Assembly: GCA_947589435.1 (NCBI GenBank) | Contig: CANQBI010000001.1 | Coordinates: forward strand, 12,740 to 76,739 | Source of the DNA: an uncultured Bacilli bacterium | GTDB taxonomy: Bacteria > Bacillota_I > Bacilli_A > RF39 > UBA660 | DNA: 64,000 bases | Reading direction: 5' to 3' | In this document: positions 20,001-32,873 of the stretch, piece by piece | Position numbering within the stretch: the first letter of the stretch is position 1 | Layout of the letters: each line of letters begins with the position of its first letter | The notes under the pieces: generated by a model | The model's input: only the letters and a program-made list of their open reading frames with translations | Database searches by the model: none | Told to the model about the DNA's origin: nothing | Translations under genes and position numbers: made by a program

Positions 20001-20237
20001 TACTTTAGAAGTAATAAAATCATCCATTGGAAATAATTCAACATCTTCCGTATGAGTTTTTAAAGCATTATAAACTTTATTACTTTCATATAAATTACTT
20101 GTTACTAAAATAACATTTTTATTTTCTTTTTTAAATAATTCTAGCAAGTAAAAAGCGATTAACTCATTTGTTAACCCATATGTCACAGCATTATTTTGAA
20201 AGTTAAAAAGTTTATCAAACGGCATATTATCCTCCAA
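17079..20237 (-). CDS. mfd: Transcription-repair coupling factor Mfd
   Basis: About 1050 aa. Helicase motifs LLCGDVGFGKTEVA, DEEQRFG, QLYQIRGRVGRS. UvrB-homology N-terminal region. Confidence 0.9.
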   Translation of the reverse strand: MEDNMPFDKLFNFQNNAVTYGLTNELIAFYLLELFKKENKNVILVTSNLYESNKVYNALKTHTEDVELFPMDDFITSKVVAMSPEFSLGRLNVLEKIKNKKMIIVTNLMGYLKYLPSISSQNSYSLKVNEEINRNNLINTLEDFGYKQESLVTTSGEYSLRGFIIDIYIVNEVHPIRIEMFDNTIESIRYFDENNQRTINEIKEITLKPFTEVETTDKSSLFDYSNEGIVVYLNKDQIMVAYKKLSEEILEYQEKQNETEKYMYKLEDINPKFELYIDNINNPTDIVAKEIPSFNENFELLKDTYYRWQKEKKKVYFYLSLDKQIKTIKNLIPEANIIKQRINKGFIFNDLVCVSEYDIGSSLKEMPKYKNNLHIGKKIKSYNDLEKGDYVVHLNHGIGIYNGLVTLTKDGLEKDYIQLLYEGNDKIYIPVEKINSIYKYSSKDGIKPKINKLNSASWAKTKTYIKAKAKDISKELLDLYQKRASIKGIAYQDYEEESLFASSFPYEETKDQTKAIAEIKNDLDSEVPMDRLLCGDVGFGKTEVAMRAIFKTVINNYQVMYLCPTTILAKQQYNVICERFKDIPVNIRLFNRFTTPKEGKYIISALSEGKIDILVGTHRILSDDIKPSKLGLLVVDEEQRFGVKHKEKIKEYKNDVNVLTLSATPIPRTLKMALSGLRDLSIIDTPPINRYPVQTYVIEEQDLLVKDAIYKELSRKGQVFILYNRIEDLDKIASKINTLVPEARIRVAHGKMSKEELETIMEDFVAYEYDILICTTIIENGIDIANANTLIVYDADNFGLAQLYQIRGRVGRSDKVAYAYLLYNKQKMLNDIAVKRLQAIKEFTELGSGYKIAMRDLSIRGAGDIFGSDQAGFVDSVGISLYMKLIEDELKKAKGEYVEEEDTDNKNLIEVSTHIKDDYVADEDIKIEIHQKINEIDSLEKLREVKAELEDRFGKIDSDMEVYMYEEWFTNLCKMLNITRINKTDRFVEITLPEEVSNNIKGDKLLFETMSISTKFNIKYLHKNIIITLFYKGLPEHYIYYLVKLLLAVKDN

Positions 20238-20255
20238 AATTTATTACTTTATCTA

Positions 20256-20783
20256 TTACTTTTCAATATTACCATCAATAAAATTCTCGATTAATTCATT
20301 AAATTTAGGAAAGTTACTTTCAATTAATTTTAATTCTTCATCTGGTATTTTAGCTAAAACATATTTATCTGTAGGCATTAAACTATTCTTACCAATACCG
20401 ACCTTTATTCTTAAAAAATCTTCACTAGATAACTCACTTATAATTGATTTAATTCCATTATGGCCTCCCGATGAACTATTTTTCTTAACTTTATAGGTAC
20501 CAACTTCTAAATCTAAATCATCTTGAATTACTAAGATATCTTCCGTCTTTATTTTATAAAATTTAACTACTTTACTTACAGCCATACCGGATAAGTTCAT
20601 ATAAGTAAGAGGCTTAATAAATATAACATCTTCGCCATTTACCTCAGTACTATAGAAATTACTTTCCATTTTATTTTTCCAATCAACTTTACCTAAGTAA
20701 TTATCTAAAACCATAAATCCAATATTATGTCTGGTATTTTTATATTCTCTTCCGGGATTACCTAACCCTACTACAAGCTTCAT
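20256..20783 (-). CDS. pth: Peptidyl-tRNA hydrolase
   Basis: MKLVVGLGNPG..Y..TRHNIGF signature. Confidence 0.9.
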   Translation of the reverse strand: MKLVVGLGNPGREYKNTRHNIGFMVLDNYLGKVDWKNKMESNFYSTEVNGEDVIFIKPLTYMNLSGMAVSKVVKFYKIKTEDILVIQDDLDLEVGTYKVKKNSSSGGHNGIKSIISELSSEDFLRIKVGIGKNSLMPTDKYVLAKIPDEELKLIESNFPKFNELIENFIDGNIEK

Positions 20784-21502
20784 ACTTCCTCCTTAAATAT
20801 ATCTTGATAAGTAGTCCTTCCTTCAATACTCACGGGATTACTTATTTTTATACCCATTTTACTATTTTTAATACATCTTACTAAAACCATACTTGGTTTA
20901 TTTTTTTCTTTAGTTTTAATAAGTTCAATATTTTTAACATTTAGTTTATACTTATTACCTAAGATAATTATTTCATCTAATCTTTCAAGGCGATGAATTA
21001 AATAAAACTCCCCCTTACTGTCTAAGTGTTCACTTGCAATTCTAAAAATATCATCAAGAGTAACTAATATTTCATGGCGGGCTATAGCAAGAGGTTCAAA
21101 ATCATTAGTATAACTTTTTTCATCCACCTTAAAATATGGGGGATTACAAGTAATTATATCATATTTTTTTAAACCTTTGATAGTTTTAATATCTAAAATA
21201 TTATTATTATAGACAGTTATTTGATGGTCCAGTTTATTATATGAAATGCTTTTAACTGCTAAATCATAAACGTCTTTTTGAACTTCGATGGCCTCGATAT
21301 TTGCTTTAGTTTTTGTTGATAATATTAGAGGTACTGAGGCATTACCGGTACATAAATCTAATATTTCTTTAGTTCTATTAGTAATTTTTACATATTCCGC
21401 TAGTAAAATAGAATCTATTGAAAATTTAAAATGGGTATCATATTGATAAATTTTTAAATCATAATCATATAAATCATTCAATACTATTTTCGGTATTCTC
21501 AT
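20780..21502 (-). CDS. tRNA (adenine37-N6)-methyltransferase-like SAM-dependent MTase (YabB/TrmN6 family)
   Basis: LDLCTGNASV (SAM motif I) and ITCNPPYF (motif IV). Confidence 0.65.
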   Translation of the reverse strand: MRIPKIVLNDLYDYDLKIYQYDTHFKFSIDSILLAEYVKITNRTKEILDLCTGNASVPLILSTKTKANIEAIEVQKDVYDLAVKSISYNKLDHQITVYNNNILDIKTIKGLKKYDIITCNPPYFKVDEKSYTNDFEPLAIARHEILVTLDDIFRIASEHLDSKGEFYLIHRLERLDEIIILGNKYKLNVKNIELIKTKEKNKPSMVLVRCIKNSKMGIKISNPVSIEGRTTYQDIFKEEV

Positions 21503-22262
21503 TAAAATCTACTTCTTCTTTATTACTACCCACTAAAACTTTGCATTTACGATTTAAAACATCCACACTGACAACAGAACCTTCGCCACTCGGTGTATTA
21601 ATAGTATCACCAACACTCGGAAGTCCTTTACTACATTCTAAATAATTATCATCTTCATATTGTAAACAACATAGAAGTCGACCACATAAACCATTTATTT
21701 TAGATGGATTTAAAGCTAAATTTTGATTTTTAGCCATATTCATCGAAATAGCGTCAATATGATTTAAGAATCTAGAACAACATATTCTGCCGCCACAAAT
21801 ACCAATACCCCCAATTTCTTTAGCTTTATCACGGGCGCCAATTTGGCGAAGTTCAATTCTTGTGTGATATATTCCTGCTAGTCTTTTGGCAAGTTCTCTA
21901 AAATCTACTCTTTCATCAGATGTAAAATTAAATAATAATTGGGTTCGATCAAAAGTAAACTCAGCGCTTAAAACATGCATATTAAGACCTAATGTTGCCA
22001 CTAAACTTTTACATTTTTCTAAAGCCCCACTAGCTTCATTTAAAAGTTTTAAATATTCTTCTTTATCTTCTTCTTGGGCATATCTAATAATATTTTTATA
22101 ACTATTTTCTTCTTCATCAGTAGAGATAATACCACTAATCTTACCATATTGTAGACCTTTTTCAGTTTCCACAATTACATAATCATCAATTTTATAATCA
22201 TCATTACCATTAAAATAATAACTTTTACCTTGTTCTTTAAATTTAACACTATAAACCTTCAT
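21474..22262 (-). CDS. yaaT: PSP1-domain protein, stage 0 sporulation protein YaaT-like
   Basis: PSP1 C-terminal conserved Cys cluster (GIGICGGRICCSRFL ... LCGRLLCCLQYE). Confidence 0.8.
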   Translation of the reverse strand: MKVYSVKFKEQGKSYYFNGNDDYKIDDYVIVETEKGLQYGKISGIISTDEEENSYKNIIRYAQEEDKEEYLKLLNEASGALEKCKSLVATLGLNMHVLSAEFTFDRTQLLFNFTSDERVDFRELAKRLAGIYHTRIELRQIGARDKAKEIGGIGICGGRICCSRFLNHIDAISMNMAKNQNLALNPSKINGLCGRLLCCLQYEDDNYLECSKGLPSVGDTINTPSGEGSVVSVDVLNRKCKVLVGSNKEEVDFNENTENSIE

Positions 22263-23127
22263 TATTAATTACCTCCATTTCTATTACAAACTTATCTAGT
22301 AACAAATCTAAATTAACATTATAAGTTAACTCTTTCAAATAGTCTATTAATAAGTTAACTTTCTTTTTTAGATTATTTATACTTAATTTATCTATGAATA
22401 ATAAATTATCTTTTATTTCTTTACCAAGTATTTTATTATTCAAAGCCTCTTTATATTTTTTTAAAGCCATTTGCATTAAAATTTTAATGTCATCCTTGGT
22501 ATATTCTCCTAGACACTCTTTATTATACAAGATTAATTTACTTTTTTCCATTTCTATTTTTGTTAAGTAGTCATTTAAAGTATTTAAATAAGTATTATAT
22601 TCATCTTCACTAAGTCCTAATTCTTCAAAATCACTATTGGTAAAATTAACATCAATATTTTGACATCTACTTACAATAGTGGAAATAACATTATCTTTAT
22701 TATTAGTGATAAAGAAACCTATAACATCCCCATCGGGTTCTTCTAAGAATTTTAACATTGTATTAGCGGATTCCTTATTCATCTTCTCAGCGTTCTTAAT
22801 TATATAAATATTTTCCTTAGTATATTGAGAATCTTTGGAAAATAAATATTTAAGTTCTAAAATTTGTTCTTTTTTAATAAAGGTTCCATCTGGCTCAATT
22901 ACTTTTAAGCTAGGAAGATTATGAACATCAATTAAATGACATAAAGAACACTTATTACAATTATCCCCATATTCATTAACGCAAAAAATGTTCTTTATAA
23001 CTTTTAAAAGAACTTCATAACATTTAGCAATATTATTAGTTGATATCAAATAAGCATGAGCTAATTTTTTATCGTGATAATATTGAATTAAATTTTCTAA
23101 AGCACTACTTTCTATACTTACCTCCAA
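22249..23127 (-). CDS. holB: DNA polymerase III delta-prime subunit
   Basis: AAA-like clamp-loader fold without an intact P-loop. Position between recR/bofA and yaaT as in Bacillus. Confidence 0.6.
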   Translation of the reverse strand: MEVSIESSALENLIQYYHDKKLAHAYLISTNNIAKCYEVLLKVIKNIFCVNEYGDNCNKCSLCHLIDVHNLPSLKVIEPDGTFIKKEQILELKYLFSKDSQYTKENIYIIKNAEKMNKESANTMLKFLEEPDGDVIGFFITNNKDNVISTIVSRCQNIDVNFTNSDFEELGLSEDEYNTYLNTLNDYLTKIEMEKSKLILYNKECLGEYTKDDIKILMQMALKKYKEALNNKILGKEIKDNLLFIDKLSINNLKKKVNLLIDYLKELTYNVNLDLLLDKFVIEMEVINNEGL

Positions 23128-23325
23128 TTACAAGATATAGAGAATAGCAAATAGTGATAATAAACCAGGTACTCCTAAAAAGGAAGTAACAGTTATAGTT
23201 GAAATATTTATTGGTAAATAAACCCCAACATTTTTAAGCATTATATTAATACCATAGATAATTCCAAATGCAAATACTATTCTTTTTAAGATTGTACCTA
23301 GTTTATTCATCATAATATCACCCAC
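23128..23325 (-). CDS. bofA: BofA-like sigma-K processing regulatory membrane protein
   Basis: GVYLPINISTITVTSFLGVPGLLSLFAI aligns with B. subtilis BofA (G.H.PINL.TT.ISG.LGIPG...L). Confidence 0.65.
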   Translation of the reverse strand: MGDIMMNKLGTILKRIVFAFGIIYGINIMLKNVGVYLPINISTITVTSFLGVPGLLSLFAILYIL

Positions 23326-23330
23326 TAAAT

Positions 23331-23350
23331 TTTATTTCCCGGGAAATATT
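23331..23350. repeat. 20-bp palindromic element TTTATTTCCCGGGAAATATT, copy 1, immediately 3' of recR
   Basis: Identical 20-mer recurs at 26657..26676, immediately 3' of gyrA. Confidence 0.6.
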
Positions 23351-23351
23351 T

Positions 23352-23954
23352 TTATTCCGAAATCTTTTTGCGATCCTCTAATGCCTTGTCTAAAGTTATA
23401 ATATCTAAGTAATCAATTTCCGCTCCCATTGGAATGCCATATGATAATCTAGATATTGTAACATTTTTCTTTTCAAATATCTTTTTTATATAAAGAGTTG
23501 TGGTTTCTCCTTCAATTGTTGACTTCAATGCTAGAATTAATTCTGGATTCTCAGCTTCTTCAACTCTTTTTACTAATGATGATATATTAATATCTTCAGG
23601 TCCAATGTCATCCATTGGGGATATAAGTCCATTAAGAACATGATATACTCCTTTATAATTACCCACTTTTTCAAAAGAAAAGACACTTTTATAATCTTCA
23701 ATAACACATATTAGATTTTTATCTCTTGTACTATCACTACAAATATTACATATATCATTTTCGGTTAATTGCCCACATATTTGGCAATTTTTTAATTTAG
23801 ACTTTGTATTTTCTAATACCTTAGCCATATCTTTTAAATCATCATCTTTTAAATCGATGGTTGCAAGAGCCATTCTTTCGGCCGATTTATCGCCAACGCC
23901 AGGCATTTTTTTATAAAAATTAATTATTTTTTCTAATGTTTCTGGATATATCAT
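23352..23954 (-). CDS. recR: Recombination protein RecR
   Basis: HhH N-terminus, C4 zinc finger CQICGQ..CNIC, Toprim domain. Confidence 0.9.
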   Translation of the reverse strand: MIYPETLEKIINFYKKMPGVGDKSAERMALATIDLKDDDLKDMAKVLENTKSKLKNCQICGQLTENDICNICSDSTRDKNLICVIEDYKSVFSFEKVGNYKGVYHVLNGLISPMDDIGPEDINISSLVKRVEEAENPELILALKSTIEGETTTLYIKKIFEKKNVTISRLSYGIPMGAEIDYLDIITLDKALEDRKKISE

Positions 23955-23956
23955 AA

Positions 23957-24256
23957 TTACATTAACCCATCTAAGGCCCCAGCATATTGACCTAATTTTT
24001 CATTCATGGCTTTACTTATTTTAAGTAAGGCATCTTTACTGGCAATTAAATACATATCTTCTAAGATTTCTTTATCTTCCTCAGATATTGGTCCTTCCTT
24101 AGTTATTTTAACACTTTTTACTTCTTTAGAACCTGTATAAGTTATTTCCACCCATTCACTTTTACCAACAAATTCCATTTTTTCTAACTCTTCTTTTTTA
24201 GCTGTTATTTCTCTTTGAATTTTTTGGGCTTGAGCCATTAAATTTTGCATATTCAT
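23957..24256 (-). CDS. ybaB: Nucleoid-associated protein YbaB/EbfC
   Basis: About 100 aa with GGLGNLMKQAQ-type motif (MNMQNLMAQAQK). Confidence 0.85.
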   Translation of the reverse strand: MNMQNLMAQAQKIQREITAKKEELEKMEFVGKSEWVEITYTGSKEVKSVKITKEGPISEEDKEILEDMYLIASKDALLKISKAMNEKLGQYAGALDGLM

Positions 24257-24270
24257 AATAATTCACCTCC

Positions 24271-25830
24271 TTAAATTATTTCTACTTTATCTTTATCAAA
24301 AACATCATTTATTTCAGTTTTTGATTCCAATACTTTTTCTTCTATGTATTTATATACTTTTTTATTTTTTAAATTAGTAATGTATTTTTCTTTTTCATGA
24401 TTCCAACGGTCTTCGCCAATAAATACTAATTTGTATTTTCCTATATTTTCTTTTTCTATATCATTTTCTATTTCTAAAGACATTTTATTAGCCATATCAA
24501 CATTATGTTTATTATTAGTAGTTAAAATTAGATAGGAAGTTGAAGCCGCAACTACATTACTATCTTCTAATATTGCTTTTGTTTTACCATTATTGGAGAT
24601 AGTTAAATAATTCTTTAAATCTTTTTTAGCTTGTTCTAATGCTGTTTTTTTAGCTTCAACAAAACAGTTATTAATTCTAATATTTATAAATTCTTCTAAA
24701 TTATTATTTTCTACCTTATTTTCATCAATATTAGTTTGATTATTTTCGGTAATTTCATCTTCTTTTTTTACTTCTTTTTCAACACTAGATTTTTGTATTT
24801 CTTTATCAGTATTAAAATAATCTAATAAAATCATTTCTAATATAGTATAAGAATCAACATTAATATTTATTTTAGATAAACTATCAGCAAGACTTAATAT
24901 CATATTTTTATAATCAGTAAATTGAAGTCTGTTATATTGACCATTTATTTTATAATTTTTAGCTTTATTACTTACGACATCGATTATTTTCTTGATTAAA
25001 CTTTTATAATCAACCGCTCTATTACGATATTCATTTACCAGATTTAAAAATTTATCAACATCATTATCCTCAATAGTTTTAATTAAATCGTTAATACCTT
25101 TTTGCGAAATAGTTTTAATTTGTTTTTCAATTAAATCTAAAGTTATTTTATCAGCATTTTTAGATAATTGATCTAAAAGACTTAAAGCATCCCGCATGCC
25201 ACCTTCCGAAAGATAAGCAATTTCCTCTAAGGCATCATCATCAATATTTATATTTTCCAACTTACAAATTTCTTTTAATCTTTTAACAATATCACTAACT
25301 TTTATCTTTTGAAAATCAAATCTTTGACATCTTGATAAAATAGTAATTGGAACATTTTCAATATTTGTGGTAGCTAATATAAATATTGAGTGTGCTGGTG
25401 GTTCCTCTAATGTTAATAATAAGGCATTAAAAGCACTTGTTGATAACATATGTACTTCATCGATAATATATACTTTATATTTACCATTTGTTGGAGTTAA
25501 TTTAACATTTTCTATTAATCCTCTTATTTCATCAACACCATTATTTGAAGCTGCATCTATTTCTATAATATCGGGATTATCGTGAAAATTAGTGCAAAAA
25601 TCACATTTACAACAAGGTGAACCATCAACAGGTTCTAAACAATTTATAGCCTTCGAAAACACCTTTGCTGTTGTGGTTTTTCCAGTTCCTCTAGGTCCTG
25701 AAAAAATATAAGCATGGGATATATTGTTGTGAATAATTGAATTTTTTAATGTTTTAATTATATAATCCTGACCGATAATATTTTCAAAATCATCTGGTCT
25801 ATATTTTCGATAAAGCACTTTGTATTTCAT
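24271..25830 (-). CDS. dnaX: DNA polymerase III subunit tau/gamma
   Basis: GPRGTGKTT Walker A, zinc module (CxxC..C..CxxC), DEVHMLS, SRC. Confidence 0.9.
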   Translation of the reverse strand: MKYKVLYRKYRPDDFENIIGQDYIIKTLKNSIIHNNISHAYIFSGPRGTGKTTTAKVFSKAINCLEPVDGSPCCKCDFCTNFHDNPDIIEIDAASNNGVDEIRGLIENVKLTPTNGKYKVYIIDEVHMLSTSAFNALLLTLEEPPAHSIFILATTNIENVPITILSRCQRFDFQKIKVSDIVKRLKEICKLENINIDDDALEEIAYLSEGGMRDALSLLDQLSKNADKITLDLIEKQIKTISQKGINDLIKTIEDNDVDKFLNLVNEYRNRAVDYKSLIKKIIDVVSNKAKNYKINGQYNRLQFTDYKNMILSLADSLSKININVDSYTILEMILLDYFNTDKEIQKSSVEKEVKKEDEITENNQTNIDENKVENNNLEEFINIRINNCFVEAKKTALEQAKKDLKNYLTISNNGKTKAILEDSNVVAASTSYLILTTNNKHNVDMANKMSLEIENDIEKENIGKYKLVFIGEDRWNHEKEKYITNLKNKKVYKYIEEKVLESKTEINDVFDKDKVEII

Positions 25831-25883
25831 GATGTAATTCCTTTCACCTTTAATTATACCATATTAAAGCCGATTTTTTACCA

Positions 25884-26297
25884 TTAATCACGTAAATTTT
25901 TAAAAAAGTTATCAATTAGTTTTTGATATTTTAATTTTAATCTATTACAAATATTTGTTTGTTTAAATATATGATTATCTTTATTTTGATTTAATAGATA
26001 ATAAACATTATTTATTCGACATTCTTTGATTATCATTTCACACATTTTGCAAGGTTCTAAAGTAACGTACATATCACAATCATTAAGACGCCAATCTTTT
26101 AATTTTTTTTCCGCCTTTTGAATTGCTTTTATTTCAGCATGACCAAGCACATTACATTTTTTTTGGCGATTATTAAACGCCTTACTAATTATTTTATTAT
26201 CTTTAACTATAACAACTCCCACCGGGATTTCCTTCTTTTTGTAAGCTTTTAAAGCTTCTTTATAAGCTTGTTCCATATATTCTATCAACATTATCAT
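25884..26297 (-). CDS. tadA: tRNA-specific adenosine deaminase TadA
   Basis: HAE and PCxxC zinc-binding motifs (LGHAEIKAI ... LEPCKMC). The ORF-track N-terminal extension (GTG at 26318) overlaps the SRP RNA 3' end, so a later Met is the likely start. Confidence 0.8.
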   Translation of the reverse strand: MIMLIEYMEQAYKEALKAYKKKEIPVGVVIVKDNKIISKAFNNRQKKCNVLGHAEIKAIQKAEKKLKDWRLNDCDMYVTLEPCKMCEMIIKECRINNVYYLLNQNKDNHIFKQTNICNRLKLKYQKLIDNFFKNLRD

Positions 26298-26304
26298 CTC
26301 CACT

Positions 26305-26385
26305 AAAAAAGCACACACAAATAGGGACTGATGTGGCTGCTGTCTTCCAACTCTGACCAGGTTACAGTATATTTGTTGTGCATTT
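26305..26385 (-). ncRNA. ffs: Small (4.5S-type) signal recognition particle RNA
   Basis: Minus-strand ACCUGGUCAGAGUUGGAAGACAGCAGCCACAUCAG matches the conserved SRP RNA domain IV (ACCAGGUCAGGUCCGGAAGGAAGCAGCCAAGGCAG). A closing helix GCACAACAAAUA/UAUUUGUGUGUGC and a U-run follow. Neighbours tadA and dnaX, as SRP RNA does in Bacillus. Confidence 0.8.
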
Positions 26386-26424
26386 AGATAATAACATATT
26401 TATTTGTATTATGCAAATTATGTT

Positions 26425-26646
26425 AATGTTTCACGTGAAACATTAAACAGCAAATTAATGTGTTGTATTAACATGTAACATTATTATATTTATCATTTAA
26501 TTTAATTTATTTTTTTAACATTATTAATTGTCAATGTTTTAAAATTAAGTATTTACTTTATGTAAATTATAAATGAATTTTAAAATAAATTTAAAAATTA
26601 TTAATTTTTTATTAAAAAGAAAAATCAATGTTTCACGTGAAACATT
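26425..26646. promoter_or_regulatory. Two identical perfect 20-bp palindromes AATGTTTCACGTGAAACATT, 202 bp apart, bracketing an ORF-free AT-rich spacer between gyrA and ffs
   Basis: Read directly: 26425..26444 and 26627..26646 are identical, each perfectly self-complementary. Confidence 0.5.
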
Positions 26647-26656
26647 GATTTAAAAG

Positions 26657-26676
26657 TTTATTTCCCGGGAAATATT
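26657..26676. repeat. 20-bp palindromic element TTTATTTCCCGGGAAATATT, copy 2, overlapping the gyrA stop codon
   Basis: Identical to 23331..23350. Confidence 0.6.
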
Positions 26677-29188
26677 ATTCTTGAGTTTCATTAGTTGAAG
26701 ATTCTTGTTCAATCTCTTTGTCATTTGATTGTTCAATGGATTGTTCTTCAGTATTATTTTCTTCTTCATTATTAATATGATCAACAACACTAACTGTAGC
26801 AACTAATTGATTATCTCTTAATGATATTAGTCTTAAACCTTGAGTAACTCTACCAAGTGTTGAAATTTGGTTAATTGGTAACTTAATTGTAATACCAGCG
26901 TTTGTCATAATAACAACATCTTTATCATCTTCAGCAACTTTAGCTGCTACTAAATTTCCATTCTTTTCTGTAACATTAAGAGCTAGTACTCCTTTACTTC
27001 CCCGTTTTGTTTGTCTAAATTCACAAACTTTTGTGCGTTTACCATAACCCTTCTCTGTTACTAGTAAAATAACTGAATCTTCGGAAACAACTTCCGAACA
27101 AATACATTCGCCACCACTTAAGTTAATGCCTTTAACACCAGCGGCAGTTCTACCCATGGCTCTAATTTCATCTTCAGAAAATTTAACCATTCGACCTTTA
27201 TCGCTACCTAAAAGGACTATATCATTACCAGTCGTCTTTTTAACATCTAAAAGTTCATCATTATCTTTTAAACTAATACATAATTTACCCGTAGTTCTGA
27301 TGCTATCAAATTCACTGATAATCGTTTTCTTCACAATACCTTTTTTAGTGGCAAATAATAAGTATTTATATTCTTCATCTTTATTAATTTTTAATACTGA
27401 GTTAATCTTTTCATCTTTTTCAATTTGTAATAGGTTAATTACTGGTATACCTTTAGATTGACGACTAAATTCTGGTATTTCATAACCCTTAATCCGATAC
27501 ACTTTACCTTTATTAGTAAAGAACATAATGTAATCATGGGTTGATAAATTAATTAGATGTTCAACATAATCCTCATCATTAGTCGTAAGTCCTTTAACAC
27601 CCATTCCACCACGATTTTGGGTTCTAAAGGTATCATTAGCTGTTCTCTTAATATAACCTTTATTAGTTAAAACTACCATAACATCTTCTTCAGGTATTAA
27701 AGATTCATCTTCAATATACTCAATTGCTGTCATATCAATTTTTGTTCTTCGTTCATCTGCATATTTTTCTTTTATTTCTAATAATTCATTCTTAATTATT
27801 TCTAGAACCTTATCACGAGATGCTAAAATACCTTTTAATTCTTCAATCTTTAGAAGTAATTCTTTTAATTCTTCTTCAATCTTAGCTCTTTCTAAGCCTG
27901 TTAAACGACGAAGTTTTAATTCTAGAATAGCATCTGCTTGTACTTCTGTTAATGAATACTTATTCATTAAAGTTTCTTTAGCTATAACATCTGTTTCAGA
28001 CTCCCTTATAATCTTAATAAAATCGTCTAAATTATCAAGAGCAATCTTATAACCCTCTAAAATATGTACTCTCTTCTCAGCTTTATCAAGTTCAAAACGC
28101 GTTCTTCTAATAATAACTTCTTCTTGATAATTAATGTATTTTGAAATTATGTCTTTTAATCCAAGAGTTCTAGGAACTTTATTATCAATCATTAAGAAGA
28201 TAATACCGTAATTTACTTGGAATTGGGTATGTTTATACAAGTTATTTAAAACAACTTGCGGATTAGCATCTTTCTTTAAAGTAATCGTGATTTTAATACC
28301 ATCTTTTAAATCAGTATGATAATCAGCAATACCATCTATTACTTTATTATGAACAAGTTCCGCTACTTTAGTTTTAAGTTCGGATACATTAACACCATAT
28401 GGAACTTCATCAACAATAATATAATGTTTACCATCTTTTTCTTCAATACTTGCTTTACTTCTGATAGTAATGCTACCTCTTCCAGTTTCATAGGCTTTTT
28501 TAATACCACTATTACCAAGAATTATCCCACCAGTTGGAAAATCCGGCCCTTTAATATATTGCATTAAACCATCAGTATCAATATCAGGATTATCTATATA
28601 AGCAACACATCCATCAATAACTTCACCTAAATTATGAGGAGGTATATTGGTAGCCATACCAACGGCAATACCCATTGTACCATTAACTAAAATGTTTGGA
28701 AATCTTGATGGTAATATTTCTGGTTCTTTCTCTGATTCATCAAAGTTTGGTATGAAATTAACCGTATCTTTATTAATATCTCTAAGTAACTCCAAAGAAA
28801 TTTTAGAAAGTCTTGATTCAGTATAACGCATTGCTGCAGCACCATGACCAGCAATATTACCAAAGTTACCGTGACCATCAACTAAAGTATTTCTATAGTT
28901 GAAATCTTGGGCCATTCTAACCATAGCCTCATAAATACTTGAGTCTCCATGAGGGTGATATTTACCCATTACATCTCCCACAATACGGGCTGATTTTTTA
29001 TGAGGTTTATCTGGAGTATATCCTGATTCATACATTGACCATAAAATCCGACGATGAACGGGTTTTAAACCATCTCTTAAATCCGGTAAAGCCCGAGAAA
29101 TTATAACACTCATGGAATATTCAATAAATGATGATTTAATTTCATTAACAATATTATTTTCTTCTAATCTATCTCTACTATGATCCAT
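26675..29188 (-). CDS. gyrA: DNA gyrase subunit A
   Basis: AMRYTE with catalytic Tyr. QRGG-like [10 protein letters not shown]-terminal beta-pinwheel repeats. Acidic tail. Confidence 0.95.
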   Translation of the reverse strand: MDHSRDRLEENNIVNEIKSSFIEYSMSVIISRALPDLRDGLKPVHRRILWSMYESGYTPDKPHKKSARIVGDVMGKYHPHGDSSIYEAMVRMAQDFNYRNTLVDGHGNFGNIAGHGAAAMRYTESRLSKISLELLRDINKDTVNFIPNFDESEKEPEILPSRFPNILVNGTMGIAVGMATNIPPHNLGEVIDGCVAYIDNPDIDTDGLMQYIKGPDFPTGGIILGNSGIKKAYETGRGSITIRSKASIEEKDGKHYIIVDEVPYGVNVSELKTKVAELVHNKVIDGIADYHTDLKDGIKITITLKKDANPQVVLNNLYKHTQFQVNYGIIFLMIDNKVPRTLGLKDIISKYINYQEEVIIRRTRFELDKAEKRVHILEGYKIALDNLDDFIKIIRESETDVIAKETLMNKYSLTEVQADAILELKLRRLTGLERAKIEEELKELLLKIEELKGILASRDKVLEIIKNELLEIKEKYADERRTKIDMTAIEYIEDESLIPEEDVMVVLTNKGYIKRTANDTFRTQNRGGMGVKGLTTNDEDYVEHLINLSTHDYIMFFTNKGKVYRIKGYEIPEFSRQSKGIPVINLLQIEKDEKINSVLKINKDEEYKYLLFATKKGIVKKTIISEFDSIRTTGKLCISLKDNDELLDVKKTTGNDIVLLGSDKGRMVKFSEDEIRAMGRTAAGVKGINLSGGECICSEVVSEDSVILLVTEKGYGKRTKVCEFRQTKRGSKGVLALNVTEKNGNLVAAKVAEDDKDVVIMTNAGITIKLPINQISTLGRVTQGLRLISLRDNQLVATVSVVDHINNEEENNTEEQSIEQSNDKEIEQESSTNETQE

Positions 29189-29197
29189 AAAAACCTC

Positions 29198-32213
<3,016 letters not shown>

Positions 32214-32303
32214 AATTAGCCCTTCTTTTGACTTTATTTTAATAAAATGGTATGTTAAGTACACCTATACCTACTTATAATTATAACACAAAATAACGAT
32301 ATT

Positions 32304-32756
32304 TTAAACAAAATTTATCATTTTTCGGGAATTTAAAGTGTTATTTAATTTCAAACATAACAAAATTAATTTTTCAAAACTCTTTTTGGATAAATCAGAG
32401 TAAAAAACATAATTATTAGGACAAGATATTTCTAATCTTCCATTTACTTCTTCATAGTTAATTATTTTGTTAACATTTAAAAATAAACATTCCGGCTGTC
32501 TTGGAGAACCTAATTGCATAAATACTAAGTTGTTATTTTCATCGATAATAATCGGAACCCGATACTTAATATTTAATATACTTTTAGCACATTCAATCCT
32601 TCCTTCTAAACTACTACCATAATAATTGCAATTAAATTCTAATACTTTTTTAAAACTGGCATTAAGATATTTAATTTCATCTTCATCATAAATGATGGTT
32701 TTTCTTTGTTTTTTTGAAACTGCTACCGTATTTTTGGTAATTAAATAATTATTCAT
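32304..32756 (-). CDS. comK: ComK-family competence transcription factor homolog (short form)
   Basis: FNCNYYGSSLEGRIE and VPIIIDENNNLVFMQLGSPRQPECLFLNVNKI align with B. subtilis ComK (SCRFFGSSYAGRK ... PPIMVDPSNQIFLFPTLSSTRPQCGWISHVHV). Confidence 0.75.
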   Translation of the reverse strand: MNNYLITKNTVAVSKKQRKTIIYDEDEIKYLNASFKKVLEFNCNYYGSSLEGRIECAKSILNIKYRVPIIIDENNNLVFMQLGSPRQPECLFLNVNKIINYEEVNGRLEISCPNNYVFYSDLSKKSFEKLILLCLKLNNTLNSRKMINFV

Positions 32757-32873
32757 AAAATTTCCTCCTTAAAAAAATTTAAGGTCTACTATAGCATACA
32801 AAAGTTAAAAAAATTGTCGAACGAACGACAATAGATTAAAAAATTTAAAAAAAGAACTAATTTTAAAGTCCTT

